From assembly GCA_051362555.1 (NCBI GenBank), contig CM120640.1:57638788-57702787 (forward strand): a DNA stretch of 64,000 nt, written 5' to 3'. The DNA comes from Lingula anatina. Lineage: Eukaryota; Animalia; Brachiopoda. The notes under the pieces are model-generated. The model searched no databases. It saw only the letters and a program-made list of their open reading frames with translations, and was not told the DNA's origin. Positions within the stretch are counted from its first letter, which is position 1. Each line of letters starts with the position of its first letter. Of the stretch, positions 26,882 to 39,728 are shown piece after piece. A program made the position numbers and the translations under genes.

Positions 26882-29777
26882 TGAAATAAAATGGGGGAAT
26901 GGGCGGATGTGTTGCGTTCTTTTCTCAAATTAAATCCCGAAGGTAGAATTTGATCAGTCTGTTATTATTCATGAGGGGATATAAAGATGATTTGAACATT
27001 TGAGACGCAGACCGTCTATTTTTGTCATCCATTAACAGAACCGAAGAGAAGCAAGAAATTATTCCACTTCAAGTATAGGCAGATTGCGTAAAGGACAGAC
27101 TATTGTCTGTTTTATGGACAGATTAGGCTACTAACAAAATCTGCGGTTGTGCCTAGCGGATGTTTGCTGAGACAAGGATGTGCTGAGAGGTTGTTTAATC
27201 CTTGATGTTGTCCAAATCTTGTTCCAACGCCAGCATGCGGGAACCGACCCAGAGCTAATCTAACAACATATATACAGTAGACTAGTGCGCTAGTGTTACA
27301 AATAAAACGATATCCTCCTGGGCTTTTGCGATGTAGACTTCAACTGAACTAGTAAAAATTGGGAAAGTGACAGGGAAACATGATTAGATAATTTTATCCT
27401 ATCAGATAGTATCTTAGACTTTTTGATTAGTGAGATTTGCAAAGGCTGAAGTGATTATCTTTTATTGAACTTATTTTTAGAATCATAATAAACGCGAGAG
27501 AAATATCTGGTGACATATGTACGGCATTCAGTTCTTGTCAATTGGAATGTATGTGTTAGAAAATATTTATGTTGAGATATCAGTAAAGTTGTGTTATTTG
27601 GCTTTTTTAATTGATGTCCAGGATTTAGATTTATGGTCTTAAGCCTTTACCTTTTCTCTTCTGATATGGACTTTTTTATCATTTTATTATACCAACACAT
27701 TCAATTTTCTGCCATAAACATTTTGTCTGAGGGCTCAGGAATATATATAACATGGTTGTGTTTTTCTGACCAGATAAAAACAGATTCGTAATCGAAAAAT
27801 AAGCTGTACATTTAGTTAAACTGATAAAAGCTTAATAAAATATTGATATAGCTTAAACAAAACAACTTGCAGTCGATATATTTTCTTTTTAAAACAAATC
27901 ATGCCTGATTAATGTGAAAATTTTCTTATTTATCATGTACCTTATCCATTAACGTTGTACGGCAAATATCTCTGAACAATTGGCCTGTTATTTTGACCCG
28001 TTAGATGTCCAAACTGTTCATAGATCAGATCAGTTTTTTTTTTTACTTACGTTACGTCTACGTTTCATTTCCACTATGTCCATGAGACAGCTTTTTTTAA
28101 AATTTAAAAGATTAAAATTAATTTACATTTTACAAGTACAGGTACCCTACCCCGGTCCATGACTTTGCTCCATAATGTAAAGTACCCAACACATTGTGCA
28201 TAAACAATAATTATAATTATCTTTGTCTTATTGAAAATGTCCGTGCTTCTGACATGCGCTATGGGGCTTATTTGTCAATTTTGCTAGTCTCCGCCAAAAG
28301 CTAAGTCTTCCGAAGTTTCACTTATTTGATAATGAAATTATCTCCAGATAATAGAGATTTGGTCCCTTGGACTATCTAAGTAACAAAACAGATTTGGCTT
28401 TCTTGAGGTTTATCTTCATTCCACGAAGTTTCTGTCCATATTCACTTTATAAATTGTCCTTCGGGTGTGTCCGCAATAAGAACTGTCAATAGCAATTCAG
28501 AAGCTGTGGGTATTAAGAAAGGTCTTGATCTTCAATTTGTTAGTTCTTTTCGACATTTCCCTCTCTGGATGTCTTTTGCCTAATTCCCCATACGTAAGTT
28601 TCTTTTCAATGGAACTTCAAGTAGAAGTTTCAGTATTTCTCTCATTAGGCTAACTGTACTGAACTGACTCTGTGCACACATTGGGGGTTCATACTTGACA
28701 TTGGAATTTGAATTATTCGTGTCTGGGTATTCCGTTTATTTTAATTTATTTGTTATTTGTTAAAACAGTTAAAAGAGTATATTTGGCGGCAGAATTTGGT
28801 ACGCTGAATGCTCCATGTAGATTTATATTTCATTGTGCTCGGTGCTGCAAGGAAACTGGTGAAATAGTGTTTTTAGCAAAAGCTTTCATTAATACGTGAT
28901 ACTTGATTCTATATGAAACTGCCATTTAAGTTTCGCATATATACACACCGAATTATTGTACAGTGATCGCTTTTTGTATCTTATACATGTATGCTCTGCT
29001 ATCTTGGTCGATACAACCGAGAAAACAATTACGCTTCACACAACGCAGAAAACAATCACACCTACAACAATTGACTGAGGAGAAACTATTAAAAAGAGAA
29101 GTTTATATCTTATGGGTCCCATTAATAAAAATAAAAATAACTGCTAATTAAGCCTAAGCAGATATATCAATTACACGATGTAAAACAAATTTAGTTCACA
29201 ATTATGCGGAAGACCAATTTTAATTCACACGATACTTTAACCCCGACAGTTACTTTCTCAGTGAACCAACTCGCCCAAGCTTTTACGGGGAGGGTGAGAG
29301 GGAATGTAGGGATCTGAAGTTATTCAGATTTGGATCGGCAGGATTAAATATACATAGCTATTATCCAATTCCCTTGTGTTCATGTTTTGGCAATTTCCCC
29401 AAATTCAGCGTTAACCGCATACAGAAATGATAACATGGAATACAAGGGTATCAAAGTGCACGCCGGGTTGTCTCTCTAGCTTCTGCGTGTTGCACCCGCT
29501 ACAAAAATGCAGCAGAATAACGCAAAATAATAATTCTAATAATAAAACTTTGCCAGATTAAAGAACATGTGAATGGCTTTGTGATATCTGAGAGGTAAAA
29601 TCAACCAATACATTTGAGAACATTTGTTTTGCTGCTTTTTATCAATTATTTATGCTAAGATGGGGATCACACGTGCACACTTAATGAAGCAAAAATTTGC
29701 TGCAAAAAAAATTAAGCTGAATTTCATATTTTGTATATTTCCGGTTAAAGAAAGTGTATATAAGTTCATGTAGTGAT

Positions 29778-29779
<2 letters not shown>

Positions 29780-29821
<42 letters not shown>
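29780..29821. repeat. (TA)n microsatellite
   Basis: Direct reading. Confidence 0.95.
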
Positions 29822-29823
<2 letters not shown>

Positions 29824-31521
29824 CAAACAGCACCAATTTTTGTGCTCATATTCGGCAAGCAATGTTTTGACATATGAAATAACAAATGCCGGTGTGACAG
29901 GATTGATAGTTCGCTAGGGACCGTAGTCCGTTCCCCATTCTTTTAAGAGGTGACATTCGTCTCATATACTAACCTCAATACTATGACAAACCCTAACCAG
30001 CAGTAATCATAAAGGACCCTGGACTTCCATTCCTGCCACAGCTGCAATCATCACCTTCTTAAGAGCAAATGAAAACACCCACTTTTAAAAGCCTTAAAAG
30101 CACCTATCAATTTAAAAAAATGACATGGAATTGCCAATATTCAGTGCGCAAACTTTAACTTAACATTTCATATGTAATTGGCACAAATATATAAAAAGTA
30201 CATGGAATCAAAAATCGTTAAGTTACATATACTAAGCTTTCTGCCTGATTAACATCAAGTGACTGGTTTCTGTGCTATGTTTATGCTGCAAGGTTTTTGA
30301 CTAATATTTCTGAGAAAAACCCATTTTATCTCATGCCTAAGTTCTTTAACCATAAACTTACAGAAACACTGCCTGCACCAAATCTTAAGTTTAATTAGTC
30401 TGTTTTTGGTCATTAACATTGATTACAAGACACTTGGTGCAAAGTTTTTTTCAATTTTGTTGATTGTCATAAAATTTAAATTGATTTAACACACAAAAGA
30501 ATTCTAATGCTACCAGCTACTTCGTCAAACCTTAAAAGCATACACAGGCTAAAGCATGAATGTTAAGTTATGACAAATGGGCAGAAGAGGTAAAATTCTG
30601 TTTAAAATAAAAATAAGTATAATAATATAAATAAACCATTAAAAGCCCTTATACTTCTGAATTAAATTACTTGATTATATTTCGGTTATACTGGTTATTA
30701 TAGAGATTGCAACCATTATTACATCATTCAAATCAATTTAACATCATGTAGCTTCCACTATAAATCAGTTAAATCATTACTTTACCAGCGTATCACTAGT
30801 ACCTTCATCAATCAACACCTGAGAGACTCAATGTTACAAAATCTTTCAAGTGTTTTGTCTTAACTCTGAAAACAGGAAATTAACAGGGCAAATACATAAA
30901 ACTTGCATAGTATCAAATTTAAAAATTATCCGATTCACATAAAACAATTAAATCACAAAACAAAGAAAATATGTTGTGTTCATCATAATAAGCAAATGCT
31001 GTAAAATAGCAATGTAGGTTTTTTAAAATACATTGTTTGCAGACATCAATTTTCCAATGTTTTATAAAACTTACTAAAACCCTACTAACATTACTTACTG
31101 CATCAGCAAAAAATAATAATAATAATAAAAAAACACTTCTAACAGTTATTTTGACCATGAGAAATATATCTTATACTGTTATTGTAAAAGGAAAATTACA
31201 TAACTTGGAATTAAATATGTGTTGTGCTTTTGAAAATTCATGAGAACTACATAATTAATTTAGAAAATTTGTAATTTTTTCATTAATTCATTGCAATATA
31301 CAACGACGTTAATGGCTGCACTAAACATGGGGCAGTGTATCTATGGCAAAATATCTGAATATGAATATGTGTATGTATCTACATCTATATATGTATATAT
31401 ATTTGTTCAATATGCCAGACATGGCGCAATTTATACACTCACTTTATCATGCAAAAACATTTACTACTTCCTCTCCAGCACAGCCAAAGTGTAAGGATAT
31501 GGCTGACTATCTCAGATCACC

Positions 31522-34500
31522 TCACTTCCTGTGGTAGAGAATGAGAGCAACAAACACCAGAACAAACGCTGCACAGAAGAAAATGTTCAGCTTCAAATCA
31601 AACACCAGCATGGACAGCGCTGTGGCCACCATCATGGCAGAAGAGATCATGAAGAGACGAGCAATATTACTCGAGTGCTTCATGATGGCTGACATAATGA
31701 GACCTGAAAATGCCTGTAAATTAAGCATACTGCTATTAAAGTTTACAATTTAACCATTTTAAATTACCTACTGAAATATTGTAAATCTGATTGCAATCAT
31801 TTTCAGACAAACAATAAAATGAGCTAACTTAAAGAATTTCTTCTGGTTGAATGACCATAAGGCCAAACAGTGAAGAATAAAAATATGGATTTTTCTTAAG
31901 AATTGTATTGAGAAATGTTGGTGTCACATCCACATGGCTACAAACAAGTGACCTATATTTATTGCAAATGAATCATAAAAGAAAATAACCCTATTACATG
32001 CCCTCTCTTAAATGCTCATTTCAGAGGTCTCTGTAATAAGGGAAATGTTTGACACTGAAGAATGCATACCTACCTGTGTAATAACAATGACCCATGTGTA
32101 GAGACTGTACCCGTGGAATAAATTAAAAGCACCTAGAAAGACATTTAATCTAAACTTAAGTTATATCTTCATTATTATAACTAATCCTATGGTCTATCTT
32201 AACTTTTTAGAAAATGTCTCAATAAGTGCATGTAGTTCTGTGATTTCTAGAGAGCACAAGTATAGTTCATGCTGCTGACAAGGTCAATTCAACTTTTACA
32301 AAATATATTAATTACATAATCTTTATACCAGCACAGGTACCAGACTTATATTGAATTCCATATACAAAAATTGCTTACTGTCAGCAAGCTCAATAAGGCC
32401 ACACTTTTTTAATTTTATGGATGACATCCTGCGCGCGCACCGATTTTCGTCCGTTCTCCAAAAAAAAAAAAAAAAAAAATCCCCCCCCCCCCAAACCGCC
32501 CCCCCCCCCCCCCCCCCCCCCAAAGGAAGTCGGTTGTCGCAAACATCGTTATTGAATTTGCCGGAAAATGCAATCGGCAATTCTCTGCTAATTCCGCAAG
32601 CTCCATACTGTCATTGTCGACTGCGGAGACATCCGAGTAGTTCCGAGTGTGGAAAATGAGCTTTCTGCGCATGCGTATTATCACCACATGGAAATATGGC
32701 CGTTTTGCCGTCAACTTCATCTCTAGCATTAATTTCAAAATACACGACAATTGAAGTCATAAAGAGAACGGGGGCCGTCGTTTTGGATTGGTTTGCCATT
32801 GATATTGGACATGGAGATATCACCCTTTTACAATTTTACGAAAGGCTGGCCGTGGCCAGCAATCATCGCCCGGAAAATTTCAGTGACATTCTGTCCAAAG
32901 CAGCACATACCAGTTTCTTTTTGGAGCGAAAAAAGGGTCGACAAGAGCGTCGCGGTATTTGGTGGACTGAAGGTCGGACAGGCCACCCGATAGTTGGCTG
33001 CTAGTGTGTGAGTCGAAGTAGACAAAATGGCATCGACCGAAATTACCTTAGTAGTAGGAAGCATAGGCCTATCTTTGCTTAATTTTTTAAACAATTCTGT
33101 GAAGTGTTTACAATGCTTTAATTTTCTGAGAGTACAAATAAAGACACGCTATTTATTTGATATTTGTTTTATTGGTTTCTATACCAACAGAATGCATGAA
33201 ATAACCTTAAATAGATTTGGTAATGTGCAGCATATATATTCATGACTTTTTACCTTTCTACGAAGTAGGCCCTATTCACAATGCTTTAATATTTTGAGAG
33301 CATGGATAAAGACATGTTGTTAGTTTGATACGTGTTTCTGTGGTAAATTAGTGTTTCCAGCTGTGTACTGAAAACATAACTTTTCTTAAGCAGTTTTTTT
33401 TTTTTTTTTTTTTTTTTTTTGGACTGTTTTTTTTTTTTTCGCCCGCTCGCACCGACTTTGGGGTCCCCAGAGGATGTCATCCATAAAAACAAAAAAGTGT
33501 GGCCTAAGTATCATTAATCCAGAATGCTATGCTTTCAGCAAAGAGCTTATAGTAAAGTGAGGCCAAGTATTAGCGTTTACTGTATAAATGCGACAGCACG
33601 TGCCTAAAAGAGAGCCCTGGTTTCAGTGCTGCAAATTTCGACAAAAGTGAAGAAGCCCCCACTTCAATGTTGCAGGGTCTCCCGATTGGACAGAGAATTT
33701 TCAAGAATTTTCTGTTTCCTGTTTACACTGATAACCCATTAGTTCCAGATACCGTTTCCCCAACTAATGACAGTTTGCAACGGCCCATGAAATCAACTGA
33801 GTTAACAGTCGCCATAAAATATTGTTTGTCTACGCCAAAATTCCCTATATGTAATATTTATACCAGTACAGGTACCAGACTTTTTATACTGAATTCCATA
33901 CACAAAAAATGCACATTAAAAATTGTTTGCAGGTAAAAAGAATTAAAGAAGCAAGTATCTGCTAAGACAGTTACCTGGAGAGCCAGAGGCTGCTGCCTGT
34001 GACAGCCACATCCCTCCATTCAGCAATATCCCAAATATATACAACAAGATGTTCTGGAGGTGAATTGATGTCTGAAATCACAGAGTGAGGTATAATTTAA
34101 TTTCATGAACATATAGACCACTGCAAATGTGCCACATCTACAGTGACATAGCTTGCTTGTTAACATTTGTAATATCAACACATGTAAGCGTGAATATATT
34201 TTTTAATATTAATAACACTGTGAAATATCAGAATAGACAGCAACACTTCAGTTTTATTAATTTTGTAGCATTTTGTTTTCACCTGATACTGTTTCTTGAG
34301 AATGTACTCTGTGTACACTCCTGCCAGCCCAGATACAAAACAGTATGTTGTAATCATAAGTAGACCCTTGACTGTAATGTGGATGACTCCAGCTGATGTG
34401 ATGCCCTGCTTGGCTTGTAAACCACCATAACTAAATAATAAATATCATTGGATTAATGTAACGGAAACATGAATCTATCTTTATTATCAAATATTTTTTG

Positions 34501-36593
34501 TAACAATTCTTTAACTGAAATATAATTTCACTTATGGTAATATTCACACAAACACACACAAACTGAGTGAGAAAGAGAGTGAGAGAGTGAGTTTGCATTA
34601 TAATTCCAACTCACCTATTACTTATTCCAGCGAGCGCAAGAAATCCAAGAGCTACCCACTGCAATGGGGAGATTGGCCTTAAAATCAAATTAAGATTATT
34701 AAACAAACTTTGATTCACTTAGCTTATACTACTGTGGCAAGAAAAAACGTTGATCAGCATACTAAGCAATTGGCCGCTACTTTGTCAATTAAATAGACCC
34801 TCCTCTCCAGTTGCCAATCGTCATGATTTAATCATTATAACCAAATTCATTTTACACAAAAACTGAAAATTGGCATCATCCCATTTTCTTGGCCTATTTA
34901 AGAGCATTTTATCCGATTATTATTATAGGAGCAGTAAACTACAAGCCAATAACCAAAATAGCAGCATTCATTAAGATATCCACCAACCTTTTGATTATCA
35001 GTCTATAGAGGAATGCTGTAGATAAGATTTTTAGATTTCCCAGCACCTGAAAGGAAAATAATCTTCAGTCAGCAAACAGAAGTCTGCGTTTTCAATGTAA
35101 GGGATTTAAATTGGCATGAATAAAATCAATGTGTTAATCTCTTATGCTTTCAAAGATTCAAGGCAAGTATTAGTACTATTGATATTCAATGTACAAATTA
35201 TGACAGCTTCCTACACAGTTAACCAGTTACAGCTTTCTTATTGTAACATTTACGAACATACATATGTGTGTACTAGTATATGCCAAATCATGTACATAAA
35301 TCAAAGGCTGCATTTGCTAAGATTACCTGATATGTAGCTGGGTCCATCTGGAGTTGCATGTGTACAGCAATATTGTTGTTAAAACAATACAACAGTGCAG
35401 GAACAGCAAAAGGAAGAGCAAACTTAAAACTGGGCATGTTAAAACCTTTCTCCTGCACCTCTGGTATAAACAACACTATGGAGATGAGCAACTGTGAAAA
35501 AAAATTGAACTATTATCTATAACTTGGTAACATGTCACTTAACCTTGCTCAAACGAGCAATTAACACATGCAACTTCACTTCATATCAGATTTACTTTAA
35601 GAAAAAAAACTAACTATTCTTTATTACCTACACTGATGCAATCAGGTCATCATCTTAATCATTATTACAACTACATATATAACTTTAATTCAACGTCAGG
35701 GCAGATGGAAATGTTCACAATATGTCACTGAGAGCACACTTTAACATCAAGCCTTTATACCTTTGATATTTCAATGACAAGAACCATGGAGGATGAGCTG
35801 AAAGGAATCTTCCCATCTACTTCACACAGATGCACCAGGATAGTATAGGAACCATATATCAAGGTCCTGAAAGCAAATTCAAACTACATACCAACACATT
35901 AAATATTTGATATTTTCATCAATAATATGTGAATTCAATGACCAAAAACAAAAGCAAAAAGAATACAACATATATAAATAATATAATCAGATAAGTGACA
36001 GGTGAGTTTGTCAAGCACTCTTTCTATGACTTAATTCATCAAATTAAATCTTAAAAATAAGCTTTTTAAAACTTAAAATTTTCTAATTTTTTAATTTCTT
36101 AAATCTGGAAATAATAATGTTTTGCTTATATAATGCTGCCAAAAGATCAACTACAGATAACTTACCTATAAAATTACACTCACTTTAAGCTCACACATAC
36201 AAGTAATAAAGAAATTGATCAATATTTTGTGAATTGTCTAACAGAAAGACTCACGATATCAGGTACTCACCCTATACAGATCATGACCCTCCACAGACAG
36301 AGGTTAACTGGCTTTGAAGGCTCTGCCAAGGAAGATAACTCATTATCTTTATTTATGGTGACATGAGTGTGCACCTGAAATAAAAACATCAGTTCATGAA
36401 GAAAATTCTGAGAAAGCTTTAAGAACTCAAATGTGAATAGCTCTACATCTTGGATCTATCTTCTTAGTTCAGTTAAAGCAATAATTTATAAGAAAATCAA
36501 ACAGTAATGAAACACATTTTAAAAAACTATATAACTTTTTCATAAAAAACATATTTATAAAATATTTACGCTCTTCTTGTCTGCAGCCATCAT
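31522..36593 (-). CDS. SLC35A4: SLC35A4-like probable nucleotide-sugar transporter, 338 aa (exons 36570-36593, 36271-36374, 35761-35866, 35327-35491, 34988-35046, 34615-34677, 34283-34430, 33975-34071, 32074-32132, 31522-31713)
   Basis: Ten GT-AG exons sum to 1017 nt in frame. Motifs LCEVDGKIPFSSSSMVLVIEISK, PFAVPALLYCFNNN...MDPATYQVLGNLKI, SGLAGVYTEYILK, HLQNILLYIFG and GLIMSAIMKHSSNIARLF match SLC35A4. Confidence 0.92.
32397..33504. mobile_element. Non-autonomous PIF/Harbinger-like DNA transposon in an SLC35A4 intron
   Basis: TIRs GGCCACACTTTTTT..TTTTATGGATGACATCCT at both ends and TAA TSD (32394-96, 33505-07). CpG-rich inside a CpG-poor gene. Confidence 0.85.
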
Positions 36594-37630
36594 GATTAAG
36601 CCTGATAGAACTTGTGTCCCCTATGGTTATCTTAGCACCGAGGCAGAGAAATGCAAATCAATATTCTATTGAAGTACAGGAGATGAAGTACATTCTCATA
36701 AGCCAGCACCAATTGACACCATTTTGTGATCTATACCACCTAGAAGTAAGAACATTACATGTCTGATTTTCAGTCCTGGAAACTCAATGGAATATAACAC
36801 CAAGCTCTGGCCAAATAACATAAATCATGAGGCAAATTTGTATAGATAACAGGCTGTGAAATAAAGATAGTGCAATCAGAAACACTGACACAGCTTATTA
36901 AGATTAATGTAAGGGTTTACTAACATTTCAATCAATAAATTATCAGTTAACCACAGTATAACCTATGTTAGTCTTACTACATGCAATATATAAAGTTGTG
37001 CACAGACTGCTTTAGAAAAGGACACCTTGAGCTTCACAACCAATGGCTTTTTGGGCCAATGGTGATATCAGTATATATTCATAAACAGTGCAGGCTTGGT
37101 CTGATGAGGCCTAAATTAAAATAAGCCAACAACAGAGAGAGTGATTACAATTCCTCTTCTGTGCAATTTGGTCGTATCTGACATTGAGATCAAATTTTAC
37201 CCTGAGTGGACCTTTCCCAGCAAAAAGGGCGGTTCTTTTGACCCCCCCCCCCCCCCGGGCTACGGGCCTGGAGTGTTTGTATGTGTTTGGTCTTGTGCCC
37301 CTGTAAAACGGCCATAAGTATCAAGGTATCTCCAGTCAAAAAATGGAAGCACTACCCACAGAAAACCTTGCTTGACTGAGAAACCCCACTTCCCAACACT
37401 GTTTAACGCCTGCACCTTAAAGTTCTACACTTAGATTTTGAAAAAAAATAACAAGCACGTCGTGAATTTCGTGGAAACCATATAAACGGGTACTTACCTT
37501 TTTAGGTGGAAGACATAAAGAATCGCCGGATTTCTCGTGCCATCTGCTCCACTAATGAGAACCGATACTTTTATTTGTTAGCCCAAGACAGTCCAAAACC
37601 AATGCTCTGACGAGGAAATTGCGACAGATG
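36594..37630 (-). promoter_or_regulatory. SLC35A4 5' UTR (exon ~37630-37498 and exon portion 36739-36594) containing three short uORFs
   Basis: Minus-strand donor AAG|GTAAGT at 37498/37497 and acceptor TTCTAG at 36740. uORFs at 37502-37543, 36696-36722 and 36658-36699. The TSS position is approximate. Confidence 0.6.
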
Positions 37631-37805
37631 TAGGCCCTACTGCGTGGAAATGATGAAATGATGGCTCTATTCCCATAGATTTTAGATCGATCTATCCCCG
37701 CGGGGAGTCTCACTAGATTACTTTCAGATAATCCGACTTAAATGTCCGTCCCGCCTACTACAAGCTGTAAGGGGATAATTAACTTTCGTGTCCGGCTGAC
37801 AGCTA

Positions 37806-39728
37806 GGGGAGAGCGGGGTTGGTTGGAACAGTTTTCACGTTTTTTGCGATATCTCAGCAGTCAAAGCTTTGGGGACAAAAATAAAAAATCTGATAGGGGA
37901 AAATTATATGCCGCACTCATCTATGAAATAAAACATCAAGTAGGTCTTTTTATTTTAGAGTTATAAATGCTCAAAGTTGCCTCCTAAAACGTTCCATCTC
38001 ACCCCACCCGCGGGGTCAGTTGGAACAGGCAGTGGGGTGAGTTGGAACAAGAGGGCGAGTTAGAACGCTTGCATATAAATTCAAAGTATAATTCATTTTA
38101 AGAGTAGGATTATCTATATTAATTTCCCAACAAGTAAGTGTTACTTTGTATTCGTATCTCCATAGTTTGTAAGCATTTTTTACGTTTACAATTCGCCTTT
38201 AAATAGTCTTTTCGATGTATAAACCATATCCAGTTACACTTCATTTCATAATGATAACAAAAGTGGTGTAGTTTAAGAGAAAAGAAATTGAACTCATATA
38301 TCTCAACCTATTAACAACAGTATGTTAGACCTACAAATGAAAACTGTATCTCTTTCAACTCAACAACTCAGAATCAAAATCGCAGTTCTGACATATGTAC
38401 ACTCGGTCACCCTTACAGTCTTCATGTGACCACTTTAGACAAACAATGCATTTAACCCATTTCTCTTTTGGTCGGCTGTTAATGAACGGCTCCCCACAAA
38501 CCAGACATGGCCACTCTTCTTCTGACACAGAATCGCTGGTCATCTTTAATTTCCTTTTTTCTCTATCGACTAGAAATCTTTAACTGTTTTTTATTTTTGT
38601 TGCGCTTGTCCTTTTTAATTTTGTTGGGCTTGGCCTTTTCTTTTTCGAGTAGCTCATTTTCAGGTGTGTCAGTTAGTACTGCACTGCATCGTTTTCTTCT
38701 TTTAATCTTTGGACTGCGACGGTGAGCCTCTGGACTTGAGCTGTTTTGGGGTTTTCTTAAGTGCTCTTTAGTGTGTTGTACCACCTCTTCCGGTGAGGGC
38801 AACTGAGATTTCAACTGAATCTTTGCCTAAGTTACGAGGTGAATGTTTGTCTTTTCTGGCGGATTTTGTACCCTCGTTCACTAAACATTGACAGCAACCC
38901 CCAATCCATTACACAAAGCATTTAAAACAATATCGGCAGAATTGGTGTTGTATAGTTTATCCATAACATAGGCTCTCAGCTAGAATATTTTCATTTTGCC
39001 GCGAAAAGCAGAGTAATAATCGACATTTCCTTCCACATTTAAAAGCAATTTATCGCAAAAAGCAACAGTGGGCATGCAGACCCCTATTCGACCAAACAGC
39101 TAGCAACTGCATTTAACAAGCAGTGACCATCCCCCCTTGTATCTTCTAAACGCATGTACATTCCGGCATCATGGAGATGTTCTATCAGCTAGATTCCGTC
39201 TCCAGTTGGAGTTGTACTGGGTTACTACGTTACTACTCTCTTCAAAGTTGAAATTAAAATATTTAGAGAGGTTTAAAAAAATGAAAAACACCGTGCGGGG
39301 TGGGTTGGAACACCCCTGACAGTGTTCCAACTGGCCCCATGTCAAATGTTCCGACCAGCCCCCATGACGTCATGGCCTACTTATGACACTGTATTTCTTT
39401 AACACGTGGGAAGTGTTTAAAAAAAACGACAGCTTTTTGAACATCAAGGTGGTCCTAAACGCTATGCACAATTTCAGTGATATAATCCTTATACTTTAGT
39501 TTACAGCACGATGAATGTCAAAAATATGAAAACTTACTTCGAGTAGCAAAAATAAGTTTTTTTCGCATAAAACTTTTACTGTATTTTCGAAACTTCCACA
39601 AGTTTACCGGATGAATGACCATGCCACGTGACATTTTTATGCTGAAGGAGCACATGATCGGTCTTGTGGTTTAAGAAATAAAGCCAATGTTCCAACTTAC
39701 CCGCGTTCCAACCCACCCCGCTCTCCCC
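37806..39728 (-). mobile_element. Internally deleted pogo/Tc1-mariner-like transposon with PHD-finger and OTU-like relics
   Basis: TIR GGGGAGAGCGGGGT(T/G)GGTTGGAAC, TA TSD and subterminal GTTGGAACA repeats. Minus-strand frameshifted transposase C-terminus (SAVLTDTPE...; CLVCGEPF...WVKCIVCLKWSHEDC...YICQNC) at 38355-38814. Confidence 0.85.
38355..39160 (-). pseudogene. Disrupted transposon coding relics: OTU-like fragment (38881-39160) and transposase C-terminus/PHD-like finger (38355-38814)
   Basis: MRLEDTRGDGHCLLNAVASCL*, then YVMDKLYNTNSADIVLNALCNGLGVAVNV*, then the Cys-rich finger. Stops and frameshifts are present. Confidence 0.65.

Noticed and set aside
32323-32750. Poly-Gly/Pro/Lys/Phe ORFs
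   Set aside because: Produced by poly-A and poly-C tracts at the end of the transposon.
36594-37630. Homolog of the vertebrate SLC35A4 uORF microprotein (~103 aa)
   Set aside because: All ATG-initiated frames in the reconstructed leader stop within 14 codons and show no resemblance.
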